A DNA stretch of 64,000 nt from Candidatus Curtissbacteria bacterium RIFCSPLOWO2_12_FULL_41_16 (GTDB lineage: Bacteria > Patescibacteriota > Microgenomatia > Curtissbacterales > GWA2-41-24). Both the position numbers and the translations under genes were made by a program. The notes below the pieces were generated by a model, which searched no databases, was not told the DNA's origin, and worked only from the letters and a program-made list of their open reading frames with translations. Location: the NCBI GenBank assembly GCA_001776545.1, contig MFBZ01000029.1:11988-75987 (forward strand), given 5' to 3'. The stretch's first letter is position 1; every line of letters begins with the position of its first letter. Below, piece by piece: positions 48,613-57,691 of the stretch.

Positions 48613-49329
48613 ATGCCCCAACCCAAATACAAACGCGTTCTTCTCAAACTCTCCGGAGAAACTTTTCTTGGCAAAAGAGAGTACGGAATTGACCCTGAAT
48701 TTTGCGAGTGGCTGGCCCGCGAAATCATCAAGGCTCATAAGACAGATGCCCAAATTGCCGTTGTTGTCGGCGGAGGTAATATCTTTCGCGGAACCTCAGC
48801 CCAAGAAAATGGACTTGAGAGAACGATCGGCGACTACATCGGCATGCTGGCAACAATAATGAACTCACTGGCACTTCAGGCAGCCCTAGAAAAAGAAAAT
48901 CAGGAAACTCGAGTTCTTTCCGCAATCCAAATTCCAGACGTCTGCGAACCGTACATCCGTCGCCGCGCCATCCGCCATATGGAAAAGGGCAGAGTAGTGA
49001 TTTTTGCAGGCGGCACCGGCAATCCTTATTTCACAACCGATACCGCAGCGGCACTGCGCGCCCTTGAAACCGAATGTCAGATAATTCTCAAAGCCACCAA
49101 AGTCGACGGCGTTTACAACAAAGATCCCCGAAAATACAAGGATGCTAAAAAACTGGGATCCCTAACCTTCACCCAGGCCATCGCCGATAAAGAAATAGAA
49201 ATAATGGACAACAGTGCCCTTTCTTTGTGTATGGACCATAAAATTCCCATTTTAGTCTTTGATCTTGCCAAAGAAGACAACATCGCCCGTGCCATCTTGG
49301 GTGAAAAGCTCGGCACCCTCATCTTCTAA
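48613..49329 (+). CDS. pyrH: UMP kinase
   Basis: KRVLLKLSGE and the amino-acid-kinase-family motifs are present. Confidence 0.9.
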   Translation: MPQPKYKRVLLKLSGETFLGKREYGIDPEFCEWLAREIIKAHKTDAQIAVVVGGGNIFRGTSAQENGLERTIGDYIGMLATIMNSLALQAALEKENQETRVLSAIQIPDVCEPYIRRRAIRHMEKGRVVIFAGGTGNPYFTTDTAAALRALETECQIILKATKVDGVYNKDPRKYKDAKKLGSLTFTQAIADKEIEIMDNSALSLCMDHKIPILVFDLAKEDNIARAILGEKLGTLIF

Positions 49330-50320
49330 TTAAACCCAAATCCGTCGAAAGACCTCGCCTAAAACCGTCTAAAAACCCCAATTGACCTCACCTGACCCAC
49401 CAAAGACCCTAAAACGGCTTTTTTGGCATCAAGACAACTCAATCATCATTATAATTGGTCAAAGAGAATCCAAAATAAGCAATTTGGGACAAATAGGGGA
49501 TAAATAGATCAAAAGCGACAAGTTTAAAGTTGAAAGTTAAAAGTTCAAAGTAGAGGAAATTAGCAAAAATAAAACTTTGAATTTTGAACTTTAAATTTTG
49601 AATTAATCCAGCTTCATTCCCTATCCCATGCCCGTTTTACGTCGCAAAAGTATTATTGTGCGACGCAATGACCAATAACAATAGAAACATAATCTTATTC
49701 GTAGGGAGTATAAAGGCAAATACGGTGAATAATAAATTGTCAAATGTAAATTGTTAACTGTCAACTGCTCCCCAAAAAGCCACTCCTCCCATAAATCTAT
49801 AATTGGCTTTTTTGGAGATTAGCACTCTTTTCACGCAGTCGCTAAAATTAGCTCACGTAAATTTTAGAGGATAGAGGATAAAAGAAACCTCCACCCGCTT
49901 TGCGAGGAGTATTAAATAAAATATCCCTAGGCCCGCAGTCCCGAGTTTATCGAGGGACGAGGACCGCAAGATTCATGTCCATAAATATTTCAGTTCCGAC
50001 CTGTCAAGGTTGGAATGAAATTCTAACTATGAATCTTATAATTATTTTTCACGCTTCTCACTCGCCTTTTTCACATACAATATCAAACTATATCATCTTC
50101 CACTCTACCCCGCCTCCCCTGTCACCTGTTTTTTAAAACTTTCCGAAGCAAATTTGAAGCTAAATATTTTGTTAATTGTCAATTCTTAAATATCAATTGT
50201 TTCCAAAAACACCCTCTTCCCCAAACAAAACTATAGGTTAGGTATTTCGCTTGTAAACCTCGCAATTTTAAAACTGCGATAATTTGATCTTTAATTCAAA
50301 AAAGTCTATAATTTGCGCCT
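49330..50320. other. Unusually long (about 1 kb) non-coding region with hairpins and AT-rich inverted repeats; candidate ncRNA locus or decayed gene
   Basis: No ORF longer than 78 aa is present, and the only one lacks protein-like composition. It contains a long AAAGTTN inverted repeat at 49505-49600, the hairpin cgtcgca...tgcgacg, and the pair ccaaaaagcc...ggcttttttgg. Confidence 0.4.
50284..50312 (+). promoter_or_regulatory. Sigma-70-type promoter TTGATC-17 nt-TATAAT whose -10 ends 8 nt before the ATG of the next gene (leaderless arrangement)
   Basis: aatttgatctttaattcaaaaaagtctataatttgcgcctATG. Confidence 0.5.
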
Positions 50321-50977
50321 ATGAGTAAAGAAAAACAAGGAAACCGGCTTGAAGGCAATCAGCCGACTCAAGTTATTGGTCCCGAAGGCTTATTGTTAAG
50401 AGCAGTTTTTGGGATCAAGAAAACCCCGATTCCACCGGAATTTGCCAAAGCTCGAAAAGAGGCTGTTGACGAAGCACTGAAAACGCTGACCGCAAGAGAA
50501 CGGCATATTCTTTCTCTTGTTTTCGGTTTTGCGACCGGGCGCCCACAAACACTGGCCGCGGTTGCCAAACAAACTCCCCGTATTGACAATCCAAGTATCC
50601 ATATCACATATCAAGTATCGAGTTCTCTTGTAACAAAAGCTCTCAGCAAATTACGCCACCCAACAAGAAGCAGTGCTTTAAGTCTATTCTTGCCTCTTTC
50701 CGATAACAGTTTGGGTAAAAGCGTTTGGGGGATAAATTTTGGTTACGAACTTCTAAGGCACTCTCCTTGCGTCGATATTGCAAATTTAGACGTTGAGGAA
50801 ATGAATCTTTCGGACGAAACGCTTGAGGAACTAAGAAACAAAGGAATTCTGTTTCCGGGAACCAAACTCAATCGATTAATCAGCTATCCCCCAAATCGAT
50901 TACCGCTGGCCATAAGAAGAAAACCAAACTCGTCTCTTTCCGAATCCGCCCGATCGGAACTCATCCAAAGCCTATAG
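50321..50977 (+). CDS. Protein with a sigma-70 region-4-like HTH only (no region 2); possible transcription regulator
   Basis: LTARERHILSLVFGFATGRPQTLAAVAKQ...VTKALSKLRHP matches the sigma-70 region 4.2 signature. No region 2 or 3 is present. Confidence 0.5.
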   Translation: MSKEKQGNRLEGNQPTQVIGPEGLLLRAVFGIKKTPIPPEFAKARKEAVDEALKTLTARERHILSLVFGFATGRPQTLAAVAKQTPRIDNPSIHITYQVSSSLVTKALSKLRHPTRSSALSLFLPLSDNSLGKSVWGINFGYELLRHSPCVDIANLDVEEMNLSDETLEELRNKGILFPGTKLNRLISYPPNRLPLAIRRKPNSSLSESARSELIQSL

Positions 50978-51010
50978 GGGTTAGAAGCCAAGCACAAGAT
51001 CAAACACGAC

Positions 51011-51835
51011 CTACCCTCCCCACCTCGTAGAAATCAAAACAATTACAAATACAATAGCGGCAATTGACAAATGTTCCCAGATAATCCTAGTCTTTAATCT
51101 ATTCTCAAAATTAAATTGCGCCAAACCTAAAAGAACATACATGACTGTAGCCAAAACAAGTGCCCCGTTGATAGAAACGATTGGCCAGAATGAAAGCACC
51201 AAGCCAATTTGAGTAGTCACAAGAGTAAAAATCAGACTGTACATAAAAACGCGTTTGGATATATAATCTTCAAGCTCCAACGACCATAACCCTACTAAAT
51301 ATAAAGGCGCAACAATAGCTACAACGCCTCCCGCAATTAAATAAAATGGCAAGTGCAGCGAAAAAAGCACGTTCCCCAAAAAAAATGTGGCAATTAGTGA
51401 AAACAAAAGACCAACTGCATGAGCGGCTCGAAGTAGTGCAATTGTACGAATAGCGGCAACATTGTAAATATTCGAGGTAAGCATCAAAAGATAAACCGAA
51501 ATTCCAAAGAAAAAAGCGTAAGGAACTTTTGTCAACCACCTAACCGGCAATAAGAAGTAAAAAAGACTGGCTCCCGCTACGAAATAAATCGGCAAAAGAA
51601 GCAATAAAAAGTACTTGATTCCGGCTAACTCACCCCAAAGAGCAAAAATCGCCAAAAGTACAGTTGAGACAACCATAAGCCCCATTACTTGGTATCTAAT
51701 ATTTTCACTCACGGTTTGCGTCGCAAAAAGCACAATTGTCAAGAAAAAAGACATCAGAATAAATCTTTGCCTTTTGGTTATTTCGTAAGAAGTAATCTTT
51801 AAAAAAAATTTGTGAAGAGATTTAATTACTATCAC
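51011..51835 (-). CDS. Polytopic membrane protein, hypothetical
   Basis: It is 274 aa with about 8 hydrophobic helices. Confidence 0.4.
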   Translation of the reverse strand: MIVIKSLHKFFLKITSYEITKRQRFILMSFFLTIVLFATQTVSENIRYQVMGLMVVSTVLLAIFALWGELAGIKYFLLLLLPIYFVAGASLFYFLLPVRWLTKVPYAFFFGISVYLLMLTSNIYNVAAIRTIALLRAAHAVGLLFSLIATFFLGNVLFSLHLPFYLIAGGVVAIVAPLYLVGLWSLELEDYISKRVFMYSLIFTLVTTQIGLVLSFWPIVSINGALVLATVMYVLLGLAQFNFENRLKTRIIWEHLSIAAIVFVIVLISTRWGG

Positions 51836-51856
51836 TTCCCTGCACCTTTTTTAAAA

Positions 51857-52381
51857 TCAAATGCCTTTTGAATTCTTACCGATCTTTATAACATGGCATA
51901 TCGCCACCGCCAATGCATCGGCTGCATCGTCCAAATATCCGTTTAATGGTTTTTTTAACCTTCTTTTACCCAAATACTTCATTACCGATTTTTGAATTTG
52001 TTTTTTATCAGCCCGACCAGAACCGGTCAAGGTAAATTTTACGTGCAGTCCCTGATATTCAAATACTGGAAGCCTATAGGAAGCAGCCGTCGAGAGCACA
52101 ACCCCCCTGGCCTGCCCGACAGTCATTGCAGTTCTGGAATTTGCACCAAAGAACAATTGTTCAACAATAACACAATCAGGTCTAAACAGATTTAATAGTC
52201 TTTTTAAATCTTTTTGAATACTATATAACCTCAATGGCATCTCTTTATCTTTAGGGGTAACAATACATCCATAATCAATCAACTCAATACCATTTTTGAT
52301 CTTTGATTTTTGATTTTTGCTATGTTTTATTACCCCATAGCCTGTTGTCGCCGTACCCGGATCAATGCCGAAAATTATCAT
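51857..52381 (-). CDS. ruvC: Holliday junction resolvase RuvC
   Basis: MIIFGIDPGTATTGYGVI and the RNase H-like catalytic Asp/Glu pattern are present. Confidence 0.85.
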   Translation of the reverse strand: MIIFGIDPGTATTGYGVIKHSKNQKSKIKNGIELIDYGCIVTPKDKEMPLRLYSIQKDLKRLLNLFRPDCVIVEQLFFGANSRTAMTVGQARGVVLSTAASYRLPVFEYQGLHVKFTLTGSGRADKKQIQKSVMKYLGKRRLKKPLNGYLDDAADALAVAICHVIKIGKNSKGI

Positions 52382-52445
52382 ATTTTTGTCGAATTTCCAA
52401 TTTCAAATTTCCAGTTACCAATTTCTAATTCTTCTAAACACATTT
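52382..52445. repeat. AT-rich 7-nt-period repeats upstream of ruvC
   Basis: Direct reading: gaatttccaatttcaaatttccagttaccaatttctaattc...catttgacatttgaaatttgacattgg. Confidence 0.5.
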
Positions 52446-52514
52446 GACATTTGAAATTTGACATTGGTAATTATTAAAAATTCCCGCAAAAATTTATTCG
52501 CAGAAAAGCTTTGC

Positions 52515-53261
52515 TTATTTTCGCGGGCGTGGTCCGTCATACTCCACATCTTTTTCAGAAAGTCTTCTAAAAGGTTTTTCCCTTAATGCTTCTTCAACAA
52601 CATGAGCAACCAGTCCCGGCGTTCTGGCAATAATAAATACTCCCTTTCCTACCTTCGGATTAAAACCCATCTCCAAGAGTAATGCCGCAATAATGCCGTC
52701 AATATTGATGGGCAATCTTTTGCCACCAAATAATAGTTTCCCCTCTACGGCTTCGGCAAATTTTACAAATTTGCCATAAAATCCAAGCTCCTTGGCAATC
52801 TGAACAAGCCTGATGGTTCTCAGATCAGTTTCGTAAAGTCTATGCCCGAATCCACTAACCCGCTGCCCACTTTTGGCAAAATCCTCGACTAATTTGTCCG
52901 CCCCATCCCCTGCCGGCGGACAATATCTCAAGAAATTTTCCATCGCTGCCTCAATTGCCCCGCCATGATACTCACCCAAAGCTAAAATTCCAGATGCGAC
53001 TGCCGCTTGCACTGGACTACCCCCGGAATAAACGTTTCTCGCAGCCACAACCGACGGCGGCTCTACTCCATGATCGATGGAGATAGTCAAAATTGCCTCC
53101 AGCATCTTCTCGCTGTTTTTATCCGGCATCTCGCCTTTCAAAATCAAGTAAATCGCGCGGGCAAAGGAGTTTGTTCCGGCAAGTTCTGCCAGATCATAAC
53201 CATAAACATAGGGCCTGCCGCCAACGTGGGTGGTAATTGCGCTGCGGTAAGGTTTAGGCAT
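52515..53261 (-). CDS. Citrate synthase-fold small protein (citryl-CoA lyase-like)
   Basis: It has the citrate synthase family catalytic motif GFGHRLY plus ARTPGLVAHV. At 248 aa it has only the C-terminal catalytic region, like Ccl and the AclA C-terminus. Confidence 0.55.
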   Translation of the reverse strand: MPKPYRSAITTHVGGRPYVYGYDLAELAGTNSFARAIYLILKGEMPDKNSEKMLEAILTISIDHGVEPPSVVAARNVYSGGSPVQAAVASGILALGEYHGGAIEAAMENFLRYCPPAGDGADKLVEDFAKSGQRVSGFGHRLYETDLRTIRLVQIAKELGFYGKFVKFAEAVEGKLLFGGKRLPINIDGIIAALLLEMGFNPKVGKGVFIIARTPGLVAHVVEEALREKPFRRLSEKDVEYDGPRPRK

Positions 53262-53336
53262 AAATTAAGTATAACTAAAAGGAGATAAAGTAGCAAAAAA
53301 GCAAAAGTACAACGATACAGAATTGTTAAGGTTCCT

Positions 53337-54227
53337 CTAGAGAACTTTTTTGATAAGTTTCGGGATGTCCTCAAAATTTTCGGCGACGATTGCGCCGGAA
53401 TTTTTCAAGATTTTGATCTTCTGCTCCATTGTTGCTTCCAGCCCAACAATCGCACCGGCATGCCCAAGTGCCGTATCGTGCGGCAGCTTTTCCGCAAATT
53501 TACCTGCTAAAAAGACAATAAAAGGCTTGGTGAATTTTCCCTCTTCGATTACCCTTGCAGCTTCTACTTCGGCGCTGCCCCCCACTTCCCCAAAAGCCAC
53601 CACCACTTTTGTCTGAGAATCTTTTTCAAATTCCAAAAGCAAATCAACAAAAGTTGTTCCAACAAGTAAATCGCCACCAATACCCACAACTGTTGACTGC
53701 CCAAATCCCCCATTGGTCACTAAAAGTCCAAGCTCCGAACACATCCCTCCGGACTTAGAAATAATCCCCACCGGCCCTTTGGAAAAAACAGCGTCAGGAG
53801 CAGGCCCTCCGACTGAACCAATCTTACCCTCGCCCGGGCTAATCGCCCCCACTGATGCCGGCCCCAAAACCCGTACGTTCTTTTGGGAAGCGTGCGCGAT
53901 AACGCGCGCCGTATCAAAAACCGGCATTTTCTCTACAAAAATATGCACTAGCGGAATTTGAACCTCAATTGCCTCGACTGCCGCCTCGTAAGATGCAAGC
54001 GGCGGTACGTAAATCATCGCAACGTCAACCGGTCCAGCTTCTCTGAGTGCTTCGCCGACCGAATTAAAAACCGGAACCGTATCCACCTCCTGACCTCCCT
54101 TACCCGGAGTCACACCACTAACCACACGAGTTCCGTAATCCAAAAGCTCAGAAGTAACCTGCATTCCCGACTTGCCGGTAATACCCTGAATCAATATTCT
54201 TGTTTCTCGATTTACTAAAATAGCCAT
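53337..54227 (-). CDS. Succinyl-CoA synthetase alpha-like (CoA-binding plus phosphohistidine loop GHAGAI); candidate citryl-CoA synthetase small subunit
   Basis: ILVNRETRILIQGITGKSG shows a CoA-binding Rossmann fold, and the His loop reads DTALGHAGAIV. Confidence 0.65.
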   Translation of the reverse strand: MAILVNRETRILIQGITGKSGMQVTSELLDYGTRVVSGVTPGKGGQEVDTVPVFNSVGEALREAGPVDVAMIYVPPLASYEAAVEAIEVQIPLVHIFVEKMPVFDTARVIAHASQKNVRVLGPASVGAISPGEGKIGSVGGPAPDAVFSKGPVGIISKSGGMCSELGLLVTNGGFGQSTVVGIGGDLLVGTTFVDLLLEFEKDSQTKVVVAFGEVGGSAEVEAARVIEEGKFTKPFIVFLAGKFAEKLPHDTALGHAGAIVGLEATMEQKIKILKNSGAIVAENFEDIPKLIKKVL

Positions 54228-54237
54228 GATATTAATT

Positions 54238-54262
54238 AAAAGTTCAAAATTAAAAGTTCAAA
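54238..54262. repeat. AT-rich tandem repeat (TTAAAAGTTCAAAA x2)
   Basis: Direct reading: ttaaaagttcaaaattaaaagttcaaaatta. Confidence 0.5.
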
Positions 54263-54263
54263 A

Positions 54264-55571
54264 TTATTTTTTTCCATTAACTTTAAACTTTGCACTTTGA
54301 ACCTTGAACTGATTAGATAGCTCAACCATCTTTTTGCATGCCACCGAAATTGGTGTTTCCGGCCCAAACAAATGGATATCATACTCTTCTTTTTTGGCAA
54401 CCCGCCTAAGCATCTCATACGCTTCTTTCTGTCTCGGTCCTCCCCGGCGAATCACAATTGGGTAATCCGGTTTTGGTTTTATTTGCCCAAGGCCTTGCAC
54501 AAAACCTGAAAGCGTTTCGTAAATATCAGTAAAGTTGGCGACCGCTCCCGCAACTAAACAACCTGACAAGCCTTTTCTTGAAAGTGTAACCTGCGTCAAT
54601 TTTTCGACTTTTTCCCTCGACGGGTTGCCGGAATATTCCGTGTAATTTGCCGGTCTGCCTCCAGAGGCTATCACCGCATCCATTACGAGAAGCGACGCCC
54701 CTCCGCCTGAAGCCAAAATGGCAATATCACCCGCTTCGCCACGAGGCGAGCCATCAAGTTCGATAAAAGTTGAACCCGCTGAGCCACGGTAATCTTCCTC
54801 GTCGATTTTTTTGGCCGCCAGTTCTCGCTGTGATGGAATCGCCGATATCGCTCCCTTTGACAAAACATCTAAATCTCGATGACGGGCCAGTCCAGCATCA
54901 TCAAGAATAATTTTGGCATCAACAGCTACGTAGTCAAACTCACCATTAACACTCCCACGTTTACTCTGAGCTCGTCGAAGGGCCAAAGGATTAACTTCTA
55001 TCAACCGGCAGTCATAACGCCAAAAAGCATCCCAAAGGCGCAAAATAAAATCGATAAGTCTATCTTCTTTAGGGGTCCGACCCCTATTAGGGGTTGAACC
55101 CCTAAATATCTTTTCCAAATCTTTTTTAATTGGCCCTGCCAAAGGGTCAAAATCAATTCTTATAATCGCCTCAGGATTAGCCTTTTTTACCTCCTCAATA
55201 TCAACTCCCCCTTTTTGAGAAAACAGCAAGAAGGGTATCTTCAGCGCAGTATCGTAAGTGATCGAAATATAATACTCGCTTTCGATATCAACCTTTTCGG
55301 CAAGTGCTATGAACCTTACCTGCTCTCCATTAAATTCTTTTCCTAAATGCTCTCTTGCAAAAGCAGTCAGCTGTTTTTCTGTCGTACAAACCTTTACTCC
55401 ACCACGTCTACCGCGATTTCCGGAAAGTACTTGGACTTTTGCAACGATTGGAAATTTAAGACGCTTGCGAGCCTGTTTCACCGCATCTAAATCCGAAGTC
55501 ATCACAAAAAAAGGGGTTTCTATCCCAACCTTTGAAAGAATCCGCAGACCTTCAAATTCGTATAGCTTCAT
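54264..55571 (-). CDS. Succinyl-CoA synthetase beta-like ATP-grasp subunit; candidate citryl-CoA synthetase large subunit
   Basis: It has an ATP-grasp N-domain (MKLYEFEGLRILSKVGI...VVKCQV-like VAKVQVLSGNRGRRGGVKV) and a ligase-CoA C-domain. It carries an in-frame palindromic insert at 55070-55107. Confidence 0.65.
   Translation of the reverse strand: MKLYEFEGLRILSKVGIETPFFVMTSDLDAVKQARKRLKFPIVAKVQVLSGNRGRRGGVKVCTTEKQLTAFAREHLGKEFNGEQVRFIALAEKVDIESEYYISITYDTALKIPFLLFSQKGGVDIEEVKKANPEAIIRIDFDPLAGPIKKDLEKIFRGSTPNRGRTPKEDRLIDFILRLWDAFWRYDCRLIEVNPLALRRAQSKRGSVNGEFDYVAVDAKIILDDAGLARHRDLDVLSKGAISAIPSQRELAAKKIDEEDYRGSAGSTFIELDGSPRGEAGDIAILASGGGASLLVMDAVIASGGRPANYTEYSGNPSREKVEKLTQVTLSRKGLSGCLVAGAVANFTDIYETLSGFVQGLGQIKPKPDYPIVIRRGGPRQKEAYEMLRRVAKKEEYDIHLFGPETPISVACKKMVELSNQFKVQSAKFKVNGKK
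55070..55107. repeat. GC-rich palindromic element pair (AGGGGTCCGACCCCT / AGGGGTTGAACCCCT) in-frame in the SucC-like gene
   Basis: On the minus strand it encodes RGSTPNRGRTPK. Confidence 0.6.
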
Positions 55572-55677
55572 CGATATTTTAAAATTCTAGCATAAAAGGC
55601 GCGTATAAAGTAGAATATTTTTATATCAGCAGGTCGCCAACTATTCATTATTTGAATAAAAAGGAGGTTTTGAAATT

Positions 55678-56106
55678 ATGGAAATAACCTTGGCCACCAA
55701 AGAAGACGTCGACGGCATTTTATACCTTCAAACCCAAATTTACCGGGTTTCCTCTCTACCTCAAAATTCTAGGAAGATCCTAGACAAACTAATCACGAAT
55801 CACGATTGCGATGTCTTAGTAGCAAAAAAAGATGATGAGATTGCCGGATCCGCATTTCTTTTTTACTTACCTATCCCGGCTCACGGCAAGCCCTGCGCTT
55901 TTCTGGAAGGAGTGGTGGTTGATGAAAAATTCAGAAAAAGAGGGATTGGCACCAAATTAACCCAAAAAGCAGTAGAACTTGCCAAAGAAAAAGGTGCCTA
56001 CAAAATCCTCTTTACTTCCGGATTTAATAGAAAAGATATCCACAAGTTTTACGAAAAACTTGGTTTTAAAAAATGGGGCTTTGAGTTTAGAATGGATTTG
56101 GAATAG
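55678..56106 (+). CDS. GNAT family N-acetyltransferase
   Basis: The acetyl-CoA binding motif reads VVVDEKFRKRGIGTKL. Confidence 0.7.
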   Translation: MEITLATKEDVDGILYLQTQIYRVSSLPQNSRKILDKLITNHDCDVLVAKKDDEIAGSAFLFYLPIPAHGKPCAFLEGVVVDEKFRKRGIGTKLTQKAVELAKEKGAYKILFTSGFNRKDIHKFYEKLGFKKWGFEFRMDLE

Positions 56107-56188
56107 TCTATGATAAATTTATGATTTTAACCCCGCTCAAGCCCGGGACTTGATGGCTTATTCAATCTGTCCTTAATCAAACCGGTAA

Positions 56189-56710
56189 TTATTGTCTAAT
56201 TGCCTTACTTTCCCAAATTGTCCCAAAAATTCTACTCTCACCCCATATCATACTTCTATTAAGCTCTGATAGCGCATTTTTTGAATATCGCAAAACCGCA
56301 CCTTCTATCTCATCCGGAGAAAAGAATGGCGCAATTCCCATTTTAACCGCGCAAAAATTTCTACTTTCAAAAAATTTGTTTGGATCGTCAAAACCTCCAT
56401 CAAATAACGCCAAGGAAATCTTATCCAGGTCAGTCTGTGGAGATGTTTCCGATATTAACTCGCAAATTCCCAGTTTAATTGCACTTGAAGCCTTCCGGTT
56501 GAGTTTCCTGGAAGAAACAATTTCCAAAATATTTCTTTCTTCTAAGGAAGATGGCAACATCCGCCACCAATTAAACATCCTTATGGAGCATTTTTCTCCT
56601 AGGACAAAAACTATCCCATGCCTTACGGAAAGCGAGGGCAAAATGGCAAACCCATCGCAAGAACCGATGCGAACTTCTATATCGCTACCATCATCTCTCT
56701 CCATTGTCAT
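56189..56710 (-). CDS. Hypothetical protein (downstream of yebC, same strand)
   Basis: It was chosen over the overlapping antisense ORF 56376..56879 because of its protein-like composition and operon position 20 nt after yebC. Confidence 0.35.
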   Translation of the reverse strand: MTMERDDGSDIEVRIGSCDGFAILPSLSVRHGIVFVLGEKCSIRMFNWWRMLPSSLEERNILEIVSSRKLNRKASSAIKLGICELISETSPQTDLDKISLALFDGGFDDPNKFFESRNFCAVKMGIAPFFSPDEIEGAVLRYSKNALSELNRSMIWGESRIFGTIWESKAIRQ

Positions 56711-56730
56711 GATTTTCGACTTAATTTATT

Positions 56731-57483
56731 TTACTTCCCGGCCAATATTTCGTCCGGAATGTCAAAATTTGAATAGACTTTCTGGACATCATCGAGTTCC
56801 TCCAGTTTCTCAATCAGCGACAAAACTTTTTTGGCAGTTTCGGGATCGGCAATCTCAACCGTTGTGGTCGGTTTTTTGACAAGCTCCACGCTTCCGGCCT
56901 TAAGTCCCTTCTCCAAAAGCGCTCTTCTGACAGTTTCTATCTCAGTCGGTTTGGTATAAACCTCGACCAAGTCGCCGGCTTCCTCGACATCCTCGGCCCC
57001 CGCCTCCGCCGCCATTTCAAAAATTTCATCTACCGACTTACCGTCCCTGGGAACAGTAATTAAGCCCTGGTCTTTAAACATCCAAGAGACGGCACCCAAA
57101 GACGCAAAAGTTCCCCCGGATTTTTCAATTACTCCCCTTATTTCGGAAAGTGCCCGATTGCGGTTGTCAGTTGTTGCCTCAACTATTAAACCGACTTTTC
57201 CTGGACCGTACCCTTCGTAGGCGACTGATTCCAGCTGTCCCCCGCCCCCTCCTTTTCCCAGGCCCCTGTCAATCGCCCGCTGGATGTTTTCCTTCGGCAT
57301 GTTTACCGCCCGGGCCTGGTCAATTGCCAGTCTCAGTTTGAAATTGCTGACCGGGTCCCCTCCACCGCCTTCACGAACGGCAATGGTGATCGCGTTTCCT
57401 AACTTAGTAAAAGCCTGTCCGCGTTTTACGTCTGCCACACCCTTTTGCCTCTTAATCTGCGACCACTTGCTATGTCCCGACAT
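56731..57483 (-). CDS. YebC/PmpR family DNA-binding regulator
   Basis: MSGHSKWSQIKRQKGVADVKRGQAFTKL is the conserved YebC N-terminus. Confidence 0.85.
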   Translation of the reverse strand: MSGHSKWSQIKRQKGVADVKRGQAFTKLGNAITIAVREGGGGDPVSNFKLRLAIDQARAVNMPKENIQRAIDRGLGKGGGGGQLESVAYEGYGPGKVGLIVEATTDNRNRALSEIRGVIEKSGGTFASLGAVSWMFKDQGLITVPRDGKSVDEIFEMAAEAGAEDVEEAGDLVEVYTKPTEIETVRRALLEKGLKAGSVELVKKPTTTVEIADPETAKKVLSLIEKLEELDDVQKVYSNFDIPDEILAGK

Positions 57484-57522
57484 ATCTCACCAATTTTAAA
57501 TTTTCAAAACTTATTTTGCAAT

Positions 57523-57554
57523 CATTAGGGGTCATTAGGGGTCCGACCCCTAAA
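57523..57554. repeat. GC-rich palindromic element (ATTAGGGGTC-ATTAGGGGTCCGACCCCTAAAT) in the divergent promoter region
   Basis: It is the same TAGGGGTCCGACCCCTA core as the in-gene copies at 55070 and 62932, and this copy is intergenic. Confidence 0.6.
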
Positions 57555-57691
57555 TAACGTTTTGAACAAGCCGAGTACTCAAAATATCCAATAATGTTTC
57601 AAGATTTTCACCCATTGACTTCACATACGAACTAACTTAATTTGGTTTCATGGTCAATTTATTGCCTGGGAGTTGGCAGGAAAGCAACGAA

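Noticed and set aside
49900-50136. 78-aa ORF in the 1-kb non-coding region
   Set aside because: It has no start context or homology and a hydrophobic, His/Ser-rich nonsense-like composition. The region is treated as non-coding or an ncRNA candidate instead.
56376-56879. 167-aa plus-strand ORF overlapping 56189..56710
   Set aside because: The opposite-strand ORF has protein-like composition and sits 20 nt downstream of yebC in operon arrangement. The plus-strand product is Ser/Pro-rich low-complexity.
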